NCBI GenBank assembly: GCA_902500775.1
Contig: CABVRZ010000007.1
Span: forward strand, 17,412 to 81,411
Source: an uncultured Nitrospira sp.
GTDB taxonomy: Bacteria; Nitrospirota; Nitrospiria; Nitrospirales; Nitrospiraceae
Direction of reading: 5' to 3'
Length of the DNA stretch: 64,000 bases
Shown: positions 56,112 through 64,000 of the stretch, piece after piece
Numbering within the stretch: the first letter of the stretch is position 1
Layout of the letters: the number at the start of each line of letters is the position of its first letter
The notes under the pieces: generated by a model
Seen by the model: only the letters and a program-made list of their open reading frames with translations
Told to the model about the DNA's origin: nothing
The model's database searches: none
Program-made: the position numbers and the translations under genes

Positions 56112-56215
56112 GTAACTTTGGAATAGTGGGCATTGCAGCGGATAAGCATACGCGCAATGGAGTAAAAGTTTAGAAAGTGTATCTACTTATACGTCAATTT
56201 TGGCCCAAAAAGTGA

Positions 56216-56231
56216 TGGCACCAGCCTTGCT
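56216..56231 (+). promoter_or_regulatory. Sigma54 (-24/-12) promoter of hcp
   Basis: TGGCAC-CAGCC-TTGCT matches the TGGCAC-N5-TTGCW consensus exactly; 76 bp before ATG 56308. Confidence 0.75.
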
Positions 56232-56307
56232 GTGAGTGCCGTACAAGAAGAGGTAAGGGGTTTCAGGTGACGCAGTGTTTTCATTCAGCGAAGCAGGAGG
56301 GCCCATC

Positions 56308-56763
56308 ATGGCAGTGAAGCAAGAATATATGTTCTTAAAGCTGGGCGACATCAAGGGAAATGCCACCACAGTGGGATTCGAGGACCAAATCGTCCTGCAA
56401 AACATGTCCTATGGAATCAGCCAGAGAGGATCCTGGGAGGAAGGGGCGCAACTGTCTGGCCGCGTTACCACCTTCTCGGATGTGTCCTTCGTCAAGTTGC
56501 TGGATGTCGCCAGTCCTTCCATCGCGACGGCCTGCGCTGCGAAGCAGCAATTTCTAAGAGCTGAGATATCCGTGACAGCGGGCACAAAAGACGCGTATTA
56601 CAAACTCACATTGGAGAAAGTTCTGGTCACTAGCATTTCAACTGCAATTAGCGCTGGTGAGGGCCACCCGAGTGAGTCGTTCACTCTCAGTTTCCGCAAA
56701 GGCATCTGGGAGTACGGTAAGGCTAGAGGTGGCTACGATCTTGAGACGAACCAGAAGGCGTAA
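56308..56763 (+). CDS. hcp: Type VI secretion system tube protein Hcp (orphan)
   Basis: YMFLKLGDIKG, FVKLLDVASPSI...CA, YYKLTLEKVLVTSI and ESFTLSF..GIWEY. CAGGAGG SD. Confidence 0.9.
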   Translation: MAVKQEYMFLKLGDIKGNATTVGFEDQIVLQNMSYGISQRGSWEEGAQLSGRVTTFSDVSFVKLLDVASPSIATACAAKQQFLRAEISVTAGTKDAYYKLTLEKVLVTSISTAISAGEGHPSESFTLSFRKGIWEYGKARGGYDLETNQKA

Positions 56764-57811
56764 GGAAGGACAGGACTTGTTGCATAGTTGTCAAGCAACT
56801 TGATCGAAGTCTTTGAGGCGTGACTAGTTTCCGACGGACCTGTACAAGTCTGGGCGGGAAATGGAGCGCCAGGTATGGAAGCCCCGAATGGTTCCACGCA
56901 TCAACAACTCAATAGGAAAGAGGAAAAGACGACCCTCTGCGTCCGTGTAAAATGGTGCGTGGAGAGGAATCGTTTAGTGGGTGAGATAGCCGCGACACCC
57001 TGATAGAGGCCATGCGAGCGCTGCGAGATGGTTTTCTGATTCGGCCGTAGTGGGTGGTGAGATCAACTGATTCTGATACCACTGGACAGGCCTAGGGTAG
57101 TAGACAACTGGCGTCTGGCCGTTGCGTTGCCCTTTGCACTAGGCAGATTCAGATTTACCCAAAACAAGAAAATAGGGTCAGCTCTTGGACTGTGCATTTT
57201 GAACCACTATCGCTCTTGCCACCACCTGAATCCCCAAGCCAGTTAGCACAAATGCTGATCTCCTCTCACTCATGGAGTCGCCCCGGTCGCTGATGCCCAG
57301 CTCATTCATGCAAACGTGTTGGTGCGCGCCGTGACTTCGCGTACAGTAACCGGGTGCCCCCCCCTGCGTGTTGCGGCACGGGAAGGTAGCTGGAGACGGT
57401 GAAGCACGATTTAAGATCTGACCCTAAATTGTGTCTCTGGTATGTGCATTCTTCCACTGAGGAACAGAATCGGTGAATGAAGTGTCCTGCCTCCTGAGCA
57501 TTGTAACCTGTTTCGCGCGCTGCTCTCGTGCGAACATCGCAGCGGCTTCGATCGGAACGAAAAGGTGGTTGTGGCCCTGACCTGAAGAGACGACAGATCT
57601 CATGGATACACCTTCGGTAATAGTTTTGTCGTATGACCAATGGATGAACAAAGTGGTGCTACGTAATATAGCTAGCAACAACGCCATGCCTTGAGTATAA
57701 TGCCGCGCAGCCGACTTGAGTGCAGCTAGACTGCCACTCGTGAGAACCCATGCATAAGCCGTTGGCCTGGGAATCAATCATAGTCTCGTCTTGTTCTGAA
57801 AGGATTCCATC

Positions 57812-58648
57812 ATGGACATGAATCTCTCCTACGTCAGTGCGTTTATCACGACGCACGTCATCCCATTCACCTGGACCTTGCTTGGAGCGATCGCCATTTG
57901 GATTATCGGCGGGTGGGCTATTCAGATCATCCGGGCGGCCAGCTCAAAGGCGATGGTCGCTCGCGGCATGGACCATACGCTGGTGGGGTATCTCGACACC
58001 ACGGTCGGGGTCCTTCTCAAGGTCATTTTGCTGGTTGCGGTCTTGGGCACGTTAGGGGTGGCAACGACGTCCTTCGCCGCGATTATTGCCGCAGCTGGTG
58101 TGGCGATCGGCATGGCCTGGTCCGGCTTGTTGGCCAATTTTGCCGCAGGTGTGTTTTTGATCGTGCTACGCCCGTTTCGCGTCGGCGATATGATTACTGC
58201 CGGCGGCACGACAGGCGAAGTGCAGGAAATCGGGGTCTTTGCCACGACGCTGCACACCGCCGATAATTTACGAGTGGTGGTCGGTAACAATAAAATTTTC
58301 TCCGACAATATCGTGAACTATTCAACCAACGCATTTCGCGGTGTGGATCTGCGCGCGCAGCTTGCCCATGGAGTCAATATCCAGGATGCAATGACACGGC
58401 TGAAGCAGGCGGTGACTCTCATTCCAAACGTTGCGACCGAGCGGCCGCCACTCGTGGAAATTCTTGAATTCAACGCCTATGGAACGCTCCTGGTCGTCCG
58501 CCCATTCTGCCATAACCGGCACTATTGGCAGGTCTATTTCGATACGAATCGAGCGATTCAAAAGGTTGTTGCCGAGGCAGGTTATCCCGTGCCCGAAACG
58601 CGTCAATTGATCAGGACGGCGAAAACAACCGATGTGTTCCTTCAGTGA
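57812..58648 (+). CDS. Small-conductance mechanosensitive channel MscS family
   Basis: AAGVAIGMAWSGLLANFAAGVFL...RPFRVGD, GEVQEIG and NNKI. Confidence 0.93.
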   Translation: MDMNLSYVSAFITTHVIPFTWTLLGAIAIWIIGGWAIQIIRAASSKAMVARGMDHTLVGYLDTTVGVLLKVILLVAVLGTLGVATTSFAAIIAAAGVAIGMAWSGLLANFAAGVFLIVLRPFRVGDMITAGGTTGEVQEIGVFATTLHTADNLRVVVGNNKIFSDNIVNYSTNAFRGVDLRAQLAHGVNIQDAMTRLKQAVTLIPNVATERPPLVEILEFNAYGTLLVVRPFCHNRHYWQVYFDTNRAIQKVVAEAGYPVPETRQLIRTAKTTDVFLQ

Positions 58649-59015
58649 GTGGGGAGGAGCGAGTGTATGTGGCGAGTGATCCACCTGAGCGTTGAAAAGA
58701 GTGGCGAGAATTTTTATTACCCCAACAACTCATTGAGGGGGCGAATCGTGGATCACACATGACTCAGGCATTACGACTCCGCCTTTCCGGCTGAGGCCGC
58801 AGTAACCGTCACACTCTCCGATCGGTTTCCCTCTACACGAATCAGGCATTTCATCATTACGGCTGATCTTGGTCTATGGCCGCTTGCGAGAGCAGTATGA
58901 CTCGAGTGTTGTGCGCCGCACGATTCTCGGACATTTCCCCTATCGTCCGTACCACTGCTCGTTGACTCACTAGGAATCGATTTATATACTTACGAATCAC
59001 CAGGAGGCGATTGAC

Positions 59016-60665
59016 ATGAAAATAGCCATCGGCTTGCTCATCCTCGTCCTGCTTCTCGTCGGTGCCGTGCTTGCTCTGCCTTTTCTGGTCGACCTGGGTA
59101 AGTATCAAGAGCAGTACAAGCCAACCATCGAAGAGGCGCTGAATCGCAAGATCCAACTGCAAGGCATTCGGTTGACGGTCTGGCCCAGGATCGGTGCCCG
59201 CGTATCCGAGTTCGCCGTATTGGATGATCCGGCCTTCAGCTCAGGTCCGTTTGCGTCGTTGTCGTCGTTGGATGTGGGTGTGAAGCTTATACCTTTGCTG
59301 AGTGGCAAGGTGGAAGTCGAAGAGATTACGCTCCACAATCCGGTCATCACCGTCATTAAAAATAAGAACGGGGTCCTCAATGCCGCGACGATCGGGCGCA
59401 AAGGCGTGCCGGTTCCGGAGAAACCGTCCCGTGCCCCGATTCCCTCGACTGAAGGTCCGCTGAAGATCTTAGCCTTACTGGCCGTCGATCGCTTGTCGAT
59501 TGACGGAGGGAAGGTGACCTACCGTGATTTGTCGGCTCCCAAGCCAACGGAGTATGTGTTGCAAGACTTGGAGCTGCTTCTGCGAGAGGTGCGACTTGGG
59601 CAAACGCCGAATCTCCATTTCGCCTCACTCGTACAACCCTTCAACATGCCGGTGAGGCTTGATGGGACGTTTGGTCCATTGAGAGAGGCGATGGACATTG
59701 ACGCGATCAATTTCCAGCTGGGCGTGGGAAAGACGGACTTCACCATTACAGGAAAGGCGGACGGAAATGACGCAACGGTGAACATCAGCTCGCCGGTCGT
59801 CAGTACGGCCAATCTCCCGGTGACCCTCCCACTAAAAAGTCCGGTCGAGGTCAAGAATCTGCAGATTGCCGCGGAGGTGAAGGGTCAGGAGGCCAAGCTC
59901 AATGCCTTGTCCTTCCAGCTGTTTGAAGGCCAGGTCAAGGGGCAGGGCAAGATGATCGCCGGCGCAGAAGTGCCACCATTTAAAGGTACGGTCACGATCC
60001 AAGGCTTGCAACTGGGGCCGGCACTCAAGGCAGTGTCTGATACACCCATCTCGGTCAGCGGTACGGCAGGGGCGGATTTGTCAGTCCAGGGACATGGATT
60101 TTCAATGCCGGAGTTGACCAAAGCGCTAGAGGGAACCGGTCACCTGGCCGTGAAAGATGGGAAGATCGAAGGGGTGAATATTCTCCAGGAAGTGACTGAT
60201 GCGCTCAAGGTTGCAGGGATCTCGCCCGGCGAGGCCAAAGCGACAGCCTTTTCAACCATTGAGACCGACCTTGCGATTAAGCAAGGCGTGATCAATGTAC
60301 AGCGGCTGTTGATGGATAGCCATGACTTTCAGGCGACCGGAGGGGGGACGATTGGGTTTGATCAAAAGCTGAATTTGACCGTGAACCTCAATTTATCACA
60401 GGATGTGAGCCAAAAGATCTCAGGTGCCTCGCCACTCGTCAAAGTCGCGATGAAAGAGGGCCGACTCGCGCTGCCACTCGCGATTACCGGAACGGCTCAA
60501 GCGCCATCATACGGTGTGGATGTGAAGGGTCTGACCGGAAAGGTGCAGGAACAGGTGAAGAAGAAGGTGGAAGAAGCCGTCGGCGGATTGCTCAAGGGTA
60601 CAACAAAGCCAGAAGACTTGAAGAAGGAAGGACAAGAGCTCCTCAAGGGTCTCTTCGGGAGATAA
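59016..60665 (+). CDS. AsmA family protein
   Basis: N-terminal TM anchor, YKPTIEEALNRKIQLQG, LLSGKVEVEEITL, C-terminal AsmA-like LAVKDGKIEG and GGGTIGFD...LPLAITGT..AP. Confidence 0.88.
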   Translation: MKIAIGLLILVLLLVGAVLALPFLVDLGKYQEQYKPTIEEALNRKIQLQGIRLTVWPRIGARVSEFAVLDDPAFSSGPFASLSSLDVGVKLIPLLSGKVEVEEITLHNPVITVIKNKNGVLNAATIGRKGVPVPEKPSRAPIPSTEGPLKILALLAVDRLSIDGGKVTYRDLSAPKPTEYVLQDLELLLREVRLGQTPNLHFASLVQPFNMPVRLDGTFGPLREAMDIDAINFQLGVGKTDFTITGKADGNDATVNISSPVVSTANLPVTLPLKSPVEVKNLQIAAEVKGQEAKLNALSFQLFEGQVKGQGKMIAGAEVPPFKGTVTIQGLQLGPALKAVSDTPISVSGTAGADLSVQGHGFSMPELTKALEGTGHLAVKDGKIEGVNILQEVTDALKVAGISPGEAKATAFSTIETDLAIKQGVINVQRLLMDSHDFQATGGGTIGFDQKLNLTVNLNLSQDVSQKISGASPLVKVAMKEGRLALPLAITGTAQAPSYGVDVKGLTGKVQEQVKKKVEEAVGGLLKGTTKPEDLKKEGQELLKGLFGR

Positions 60666-60669
60666 GCAG

Positions 60670-61476
60670 ATGCCGTCAATGAATGCCGTGGATATGCTCA
60701 CTCAATATGCCGTGCAGTATGGGCTGCAAGCGGCGGTCGCTCTGGGTATTTTGGTCGCCGGGACGATGGCATCCCGCGGGGCTGGGAATGTTGTCCGGCA
60801 GGCGCTCGAAAAGCAGACGCTGGAACCTCCGGTCCGGTTGCTCCTGGTGCGCATCGTCAAAATTGTGGTGATGCTGTTTACGGCCATGATCGCTCTGCAG
60901 GCCGTGGGTGTTCCCATTGCCCCGTTGATCGCTGGTCTCGGGGTGGCTGGCGTAGGAATCGGACTGGCCTTGCAAGGTGTGTTGAGTAATGTGATGGCCG
61001 GGCTCTCGATTATCTTCAGCAAACCCTACAAGCTCGGTGAGCATATCTCGCTGCTGGGCGTCCATGGGGATGTGGAGGTTATCGATATCTTTACAACGAC
61101 CCTGAAGCATGCGGATCATTCCCGTGTCATCATTCCCAATCGCAAGATCGTCGGAGAGATTCTGCATAACTTCGGTACCATCCGTCAGGTGAAGTTGACC
61201 ATTCCAGTGTCTCACCGAACCAATATTGATGAGGCGCTGGCACAGGTGAAGGACATTCTTCAACAGCATCCCAAGGTCTTGAAAGAGCCTGCGCCTGGCG
61301 CGGGCGTGTCGTCGTTGGGAGAATCGTCGATCGCGATTTCTGTAGCCCCCTGGACCTCGGTGAGGGATTACGGCGCAGTTCAAGGGGAATTGAATAAGTT
61401 AATTCTGGAGCGATTCCGAGCGCGTGGTATTGAGTTGCCGTCCTCTCAACACGTGGTTCATCTTGTGAAGGACTAG
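60670..61476 (+). CDS. Second MscS family channel
   Basis: GVAGVGIGLALQGVLSNVMAGLSI..KPYKLGE and IIPNRKI. Confidence 0.93.
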   Translation: MPSMNAVDMLTQYAVQYGLQAAVALGILVAGTMASRGAGNVVRQALEKQTLEPPVRLLLVRIVKIVVMLFTAMIALQAVGVPIAPLIAGLGVAGVGIGLALQGVLSNVMAGLSIIFSKPYKLGEHISLLGVHGDVEVIDIFTTTLKHADHSRVIIPNRKIVGEILHNFGTIRQVKLTIPVSHRTNIDEALAQVKDILQQHPKVLKEPAPGAGVSSLGESSIAISVAPWTSVRDYGAVQGELNKLILERFRARGIELPSSQHVVHLVKD

Positions 61477-61890
61477 CCCGCAGTATCCATAAACAGAGCT
61501 GCGGTGATCGCCGATCCGTTGTTGCGACATGCCGGTGGCTTGTGGGCTCACCCCTCGAACCTCCGACGTCCTGCACAAGTACGCCTCAGATCCTCTTGGC
61601 TCCGATCGACGGTCTCACAATGCGGTTTGGCGATTTCTCGACGAACCGTCAGAAATAATGCGGGTTAGTGTTTCCAGGTCACGAACGTCTGGTCTCCCTC
61701 ACGTTGAAGGATCGACTCAAGCCCCGGATTCGGTCTTGTTGGCGTCGGCTTGCCGGTGCTAGGATAATCTCCCGTTGGTAGAAAACAGAGAGGAACGCGA
61801 ACAACATGCGAGCATCGAGGAGATGCTGAGCTTGGTCAGATACGTGTTGTGGAATAATTTTCATCCATTGCCATCTCGTGAGGTGAGATC

Positions 61891-62508
61891 ATGAGTCGAT
61901 CAACTGCTGCCGACCAATCTGTTGAAGCTCCTCGCGGTCAAACAGAGAGTCCTCTGAAGAAAGGTGAATTCCTTCATCCTGATGATCCATCGGCCAGTGG
62001 AAATCTCGACAAGATTCGGGACATTCTTTTCGGGGCACAGGCTCGAGAGCATGATCGGCGGTTTGCGCAACTGGAGCAGCATCTGATCCGTGAAGCCGCT
62101 GACCTCCGCAACGATCTGAAGCGGCGATTTGACACTCTCGAGGGGTACATCAAGAAGGAAGTCGATACCCTTACCGGCAGGTTGACGAAAGAGCAGGAGA
62201 TTCGCGGGGAGTTGGTGACGAAACTGACGGGAGACCTCACGCAGCTGGCTGTTATTCTCGAGGAGAAATCCCGTCAACTCGAACAACAGGCGAGTCAGAC
62301 CCAGTCTCATCTTCTGCAGCAGTTGACTGAGCAGACGGGTGAACTGGCGGCAGACGCCCAGGCTCGGCATGCGGAAGTCACATCAGCTATCGAACGAGCG
62401 GTTCGAGACCTGCGTGCCGAAAAGACCGATCGTGCGACGCTCGCAGCTATTTTACTGGAGGCGTCACAGCGGCTAGTCAACGAAGAAGCGTCCTCTGCAC
62501 AGATCTAG
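61891..62508 (+). CDS. Cytoplasmic coiled-coil protein of unknown function
   Basis: NLDKIRDILFGAQAREHDRRFAQLE followed by heptad-like helices. GAGGTG SD. Confidence 0.8.
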   Translation: MSRSTAADQSVEAPRGQTESPLKKGEFLHPDDPSASGNLDKIRDILFGAQAREHDRRFAQLEQHLIREAADLRNDLKRRFDTLEGYIKKEVDTLTGRLTKEQEIRGELVTKLTGDLTQLAVILEEKSRQLEQQASQTQSHLLQQLTEQTGELAADAQARHAEVTSAIERAVRDLRAEKTDRATLAAILLEASQRLVNEEASSAQI

Positions 62509-62613
62509 GTGAGGAGGTGTGATCCGATTCACCAGCGTGGAGGTGTTTTGTTACATCGCGCCACGTCGTAGTCGTTTCAGTCGCAATCTCATCCATGACG
62601 ATGGTTTTATCAC

Positions 62614-64000
62614 ATGTCTACCGATCCACACAGACTCCGCCGCGATTCTCGATCTTCTGAAGGACTGACGCCCGCGAACGAAGACTGGGATCAACTACGC
62701 ACTCTCCTACTTGCTCCGGAACAGACGCAAATCGACGAACTCCGTGATCGGCTCGACAACCGACCCGTTGAACCTCATGACGTGAGCAGAGTCCTTCCTG
62801 AAGCGTTCGCCATCCGTGGCGTGAGTGACCAACAGATATCAACTGTTCTAACTCCGTATGTCGAACAAGGCTTTGTCACGACCCTAAGGAAGTCGCCGCA
62901 GACGATCGTGGACGCGATCGCACCCATCATGGGCCCGGCCATTCGGCAGGCGATTGCACGTGCCTTGCAAAGTATGACGGAAGCTTTCAACCACTCGATG
63001 GATGAAAGCCTTTCATTTCGCGGACTGCAGTGGCGGATGGAGGCGTGGCGAACCGGCCGACCGTTTGCAGAAGTGGTCCTTCTCCATCGATTGCGATACC
63101 GAGTGGACCAAATGTTTCTCATTCATCGGGATACCGGATTGCTGCTGCGCCATGTTGCCGCAGATGGGGTGGTTGTTCAGGATCAACATGTCCTGTCCGG
63201 CATGCTCACGGCCATTCAAGGGTATGTTCGAGATTCGTTTGGGGCCTCGCACGATCAGGCGCTCAACCAGTTTCAAGTTGGGGAGTGGACGGTGTGGGTT
63301 GAGCAGGGATCCCGTGCCTATCTGGCTGGTGTGATTCGAGGAACTCCTCCGGCCAGTTTGAGAGAGAAGTTTCGCGATGTGCTGGATCAAATTCATGCCG
63401 AACAGGCCGAAGCCTTGGTGTCGTTTGATGGAGATGCCGCCCGCTTTCAGGTGGTACAGCCGTACCTCGAACAGTGTTTACAGGCCCATTATGAATCACC
63501 CCCGCCGCGAAGTGCACTGAAGCTCTGGATTCTTGGCGGTGCGGTGCTGCTGGGATGCGCGTGGTGGGGATGGACAGCGTATCAAGCCCACGCACGCTGG
63601 TCTCATCTGCTTGTCCAACTCAAGGCTGAGCCGGGCATCGTTCTTACGAATACGACGTCGACGTGGGGCCGGCATCATCTCGAAGGATTACGGGACCCAT
63701 TAGCTAAAGATCCGTCGCTCCTGATGACCGAGGCTGGTATTGATCCGTCAACCGTGTCAGCTTTGTGGGCTTCTTTTTATGCACTCGACCCTCAACTGGT
63801 CCTGGTAAGGGCGCAGGTGATATTGAAGCCCCCAAGTACCGTCCGGTTTCATCTAAATGGAGGGCTACTGGTGGCCACTGGTTCCGCATCGCTCGAGTGG
63901 ATCAACGAGACCCGGCGTCTGGCTGCTCTCATTCCGGGCATTACCCGCTATCGTGACGAGGGGCTTCTCACGGTATCCATCCCTGATCTGCTGACTCGGA
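62614..64000 (+). CDS. Membrane-anchored protein (3' end outside window), probably of the OmpA/BON-linked family, with a longin-like cytoplasmic segment
   Basis: Frame 1 is open from ATG 62614 to the window end (absent from the ORF track because it is truncated). RVDQMFLIHRDTGLLL...SGMLTAIQGYVRDSF, a single TM (LWILGGAVLLGCAWWGW), periplasmic GLRDPLA...PPSTV. Confidence 0.8.
   Translation, partial: MSTDPHRLRRDSRSSEGLTPANEDWDQLRTLLLAPEQTQIDELRDRLDNRPVEPHDVSRVLPEAFAIRGVSDQQISTVLTPYVEQGFVTTLRKSPQTIVDAIAPIMGPAIRQAIARALQSMTEAFNHSMDESLSFRGLQWRMEAWRTGRPFAEVVLLHRLRYRVDQMFLIHRDTGLLLRHVAADGVVVQDQHVLSGMLTAIQGYVRDSFGASHDQALNQFQVGEWTVWVEQGSRAYLAGVIRGTPPASLREKFRDVLDQIHAEQAEALVSFDGDAARFQVVQPYLEQCLQAHYESPPPRSALKLWILGGAVLLGCAWWGWTAYQAHARWSHLLVQLKAEPGIVLTNTTSTWGRHHLEGLRDPLAKDPSLLMTEAGIDPSTVSALWASFYALDPQLVLVRAQVILKPPSTVRFHLNGGLLVATGSASLEWINETRRLAALIPGITRYRDEGLLTVSIPDLLTR

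Noticed and set aside
55792-56157. 121-codon minus-strand ORF upstream of hcp
   Set aside because: It overlaps the small membrane ORF and the hcp enhancer-like dyad, and has no recognisable domain.
58676-58755. 9-bp inverted repeat GTGATCCAC/GTGGATCAC after the first mscS
   Set aside because: It has a long loop and no U-tract or recognisable RNA family, which is compatible with chance.
1-64000. CRISPR array, IS elements, prophage or a T6SS core cluster
   Set aside because: No regularly spaced direct repeats, transposase, phage structural, tss or vgrG genes were recognised. The only sizeable direct repeat is the ybeY duplication.
62614-64000. Final ORF as a T6SS TssL/DotU-OmpA component linked to hcp
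   Set aside because: No DotU-type motifs are present, and it is separated from hcp by unrelated genes.

Overview
Bacterial chromosomal window, densely coding. Gene content and order are most consistent with a Nitrospira (Nitrospirota); this is an inference, no database was searched. Housekeeping blocks: truB(partial)-rpsO-pnp-M16 peptidase; pdxJ-nnr-tsaE-lapA-mutS (minus strand); alaC-hom-thrC-apgM-like-lysC-cimA; ihfA-merR-tRNA-Pro(GGG)-surE-dedA-cysS-rlmB; phoH-ybeY-ftsY. Accessory or envelope content: (i) a two-gene operon of distantly paralogous exported proteins of unknown function (4.6-5.9 kb); (ii) a type IV pilus region of about 16 kb with pilD and two separate minor-pilin sets. One set lacks PilY1 and ends in a large PilX with a beta-solenoid-like tail plus a PilB/GspE ATPase. 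The other is a sigma54-type fimT-pilV-pilW-pilX-pilY1 set with a 1792-aa PilY1 rich in Ca-binding loops, followed by an Ig-repeat lipoprotein; (iii) a GT2/LAB_N/ArnT plus PAP2 lipid A modification cluster; (iv) an orphan hcp with a consensus sigma54 promoter and a 39-bp upstream dyad; (v) mscS-asmA-mscS; (vi) a coiled-coil gene plus a truncated membrane protein with a longin/roadblock-like segment at the right edge. Smaller features include a 174-bp tandem duplication of the ybeY 3' end, a Fur-like box in front of nnr, and an ApgM-family protein that has lost its catalytic Ser and Asp. No CRISPR array, rRNA, integrase or transposase was recognised.
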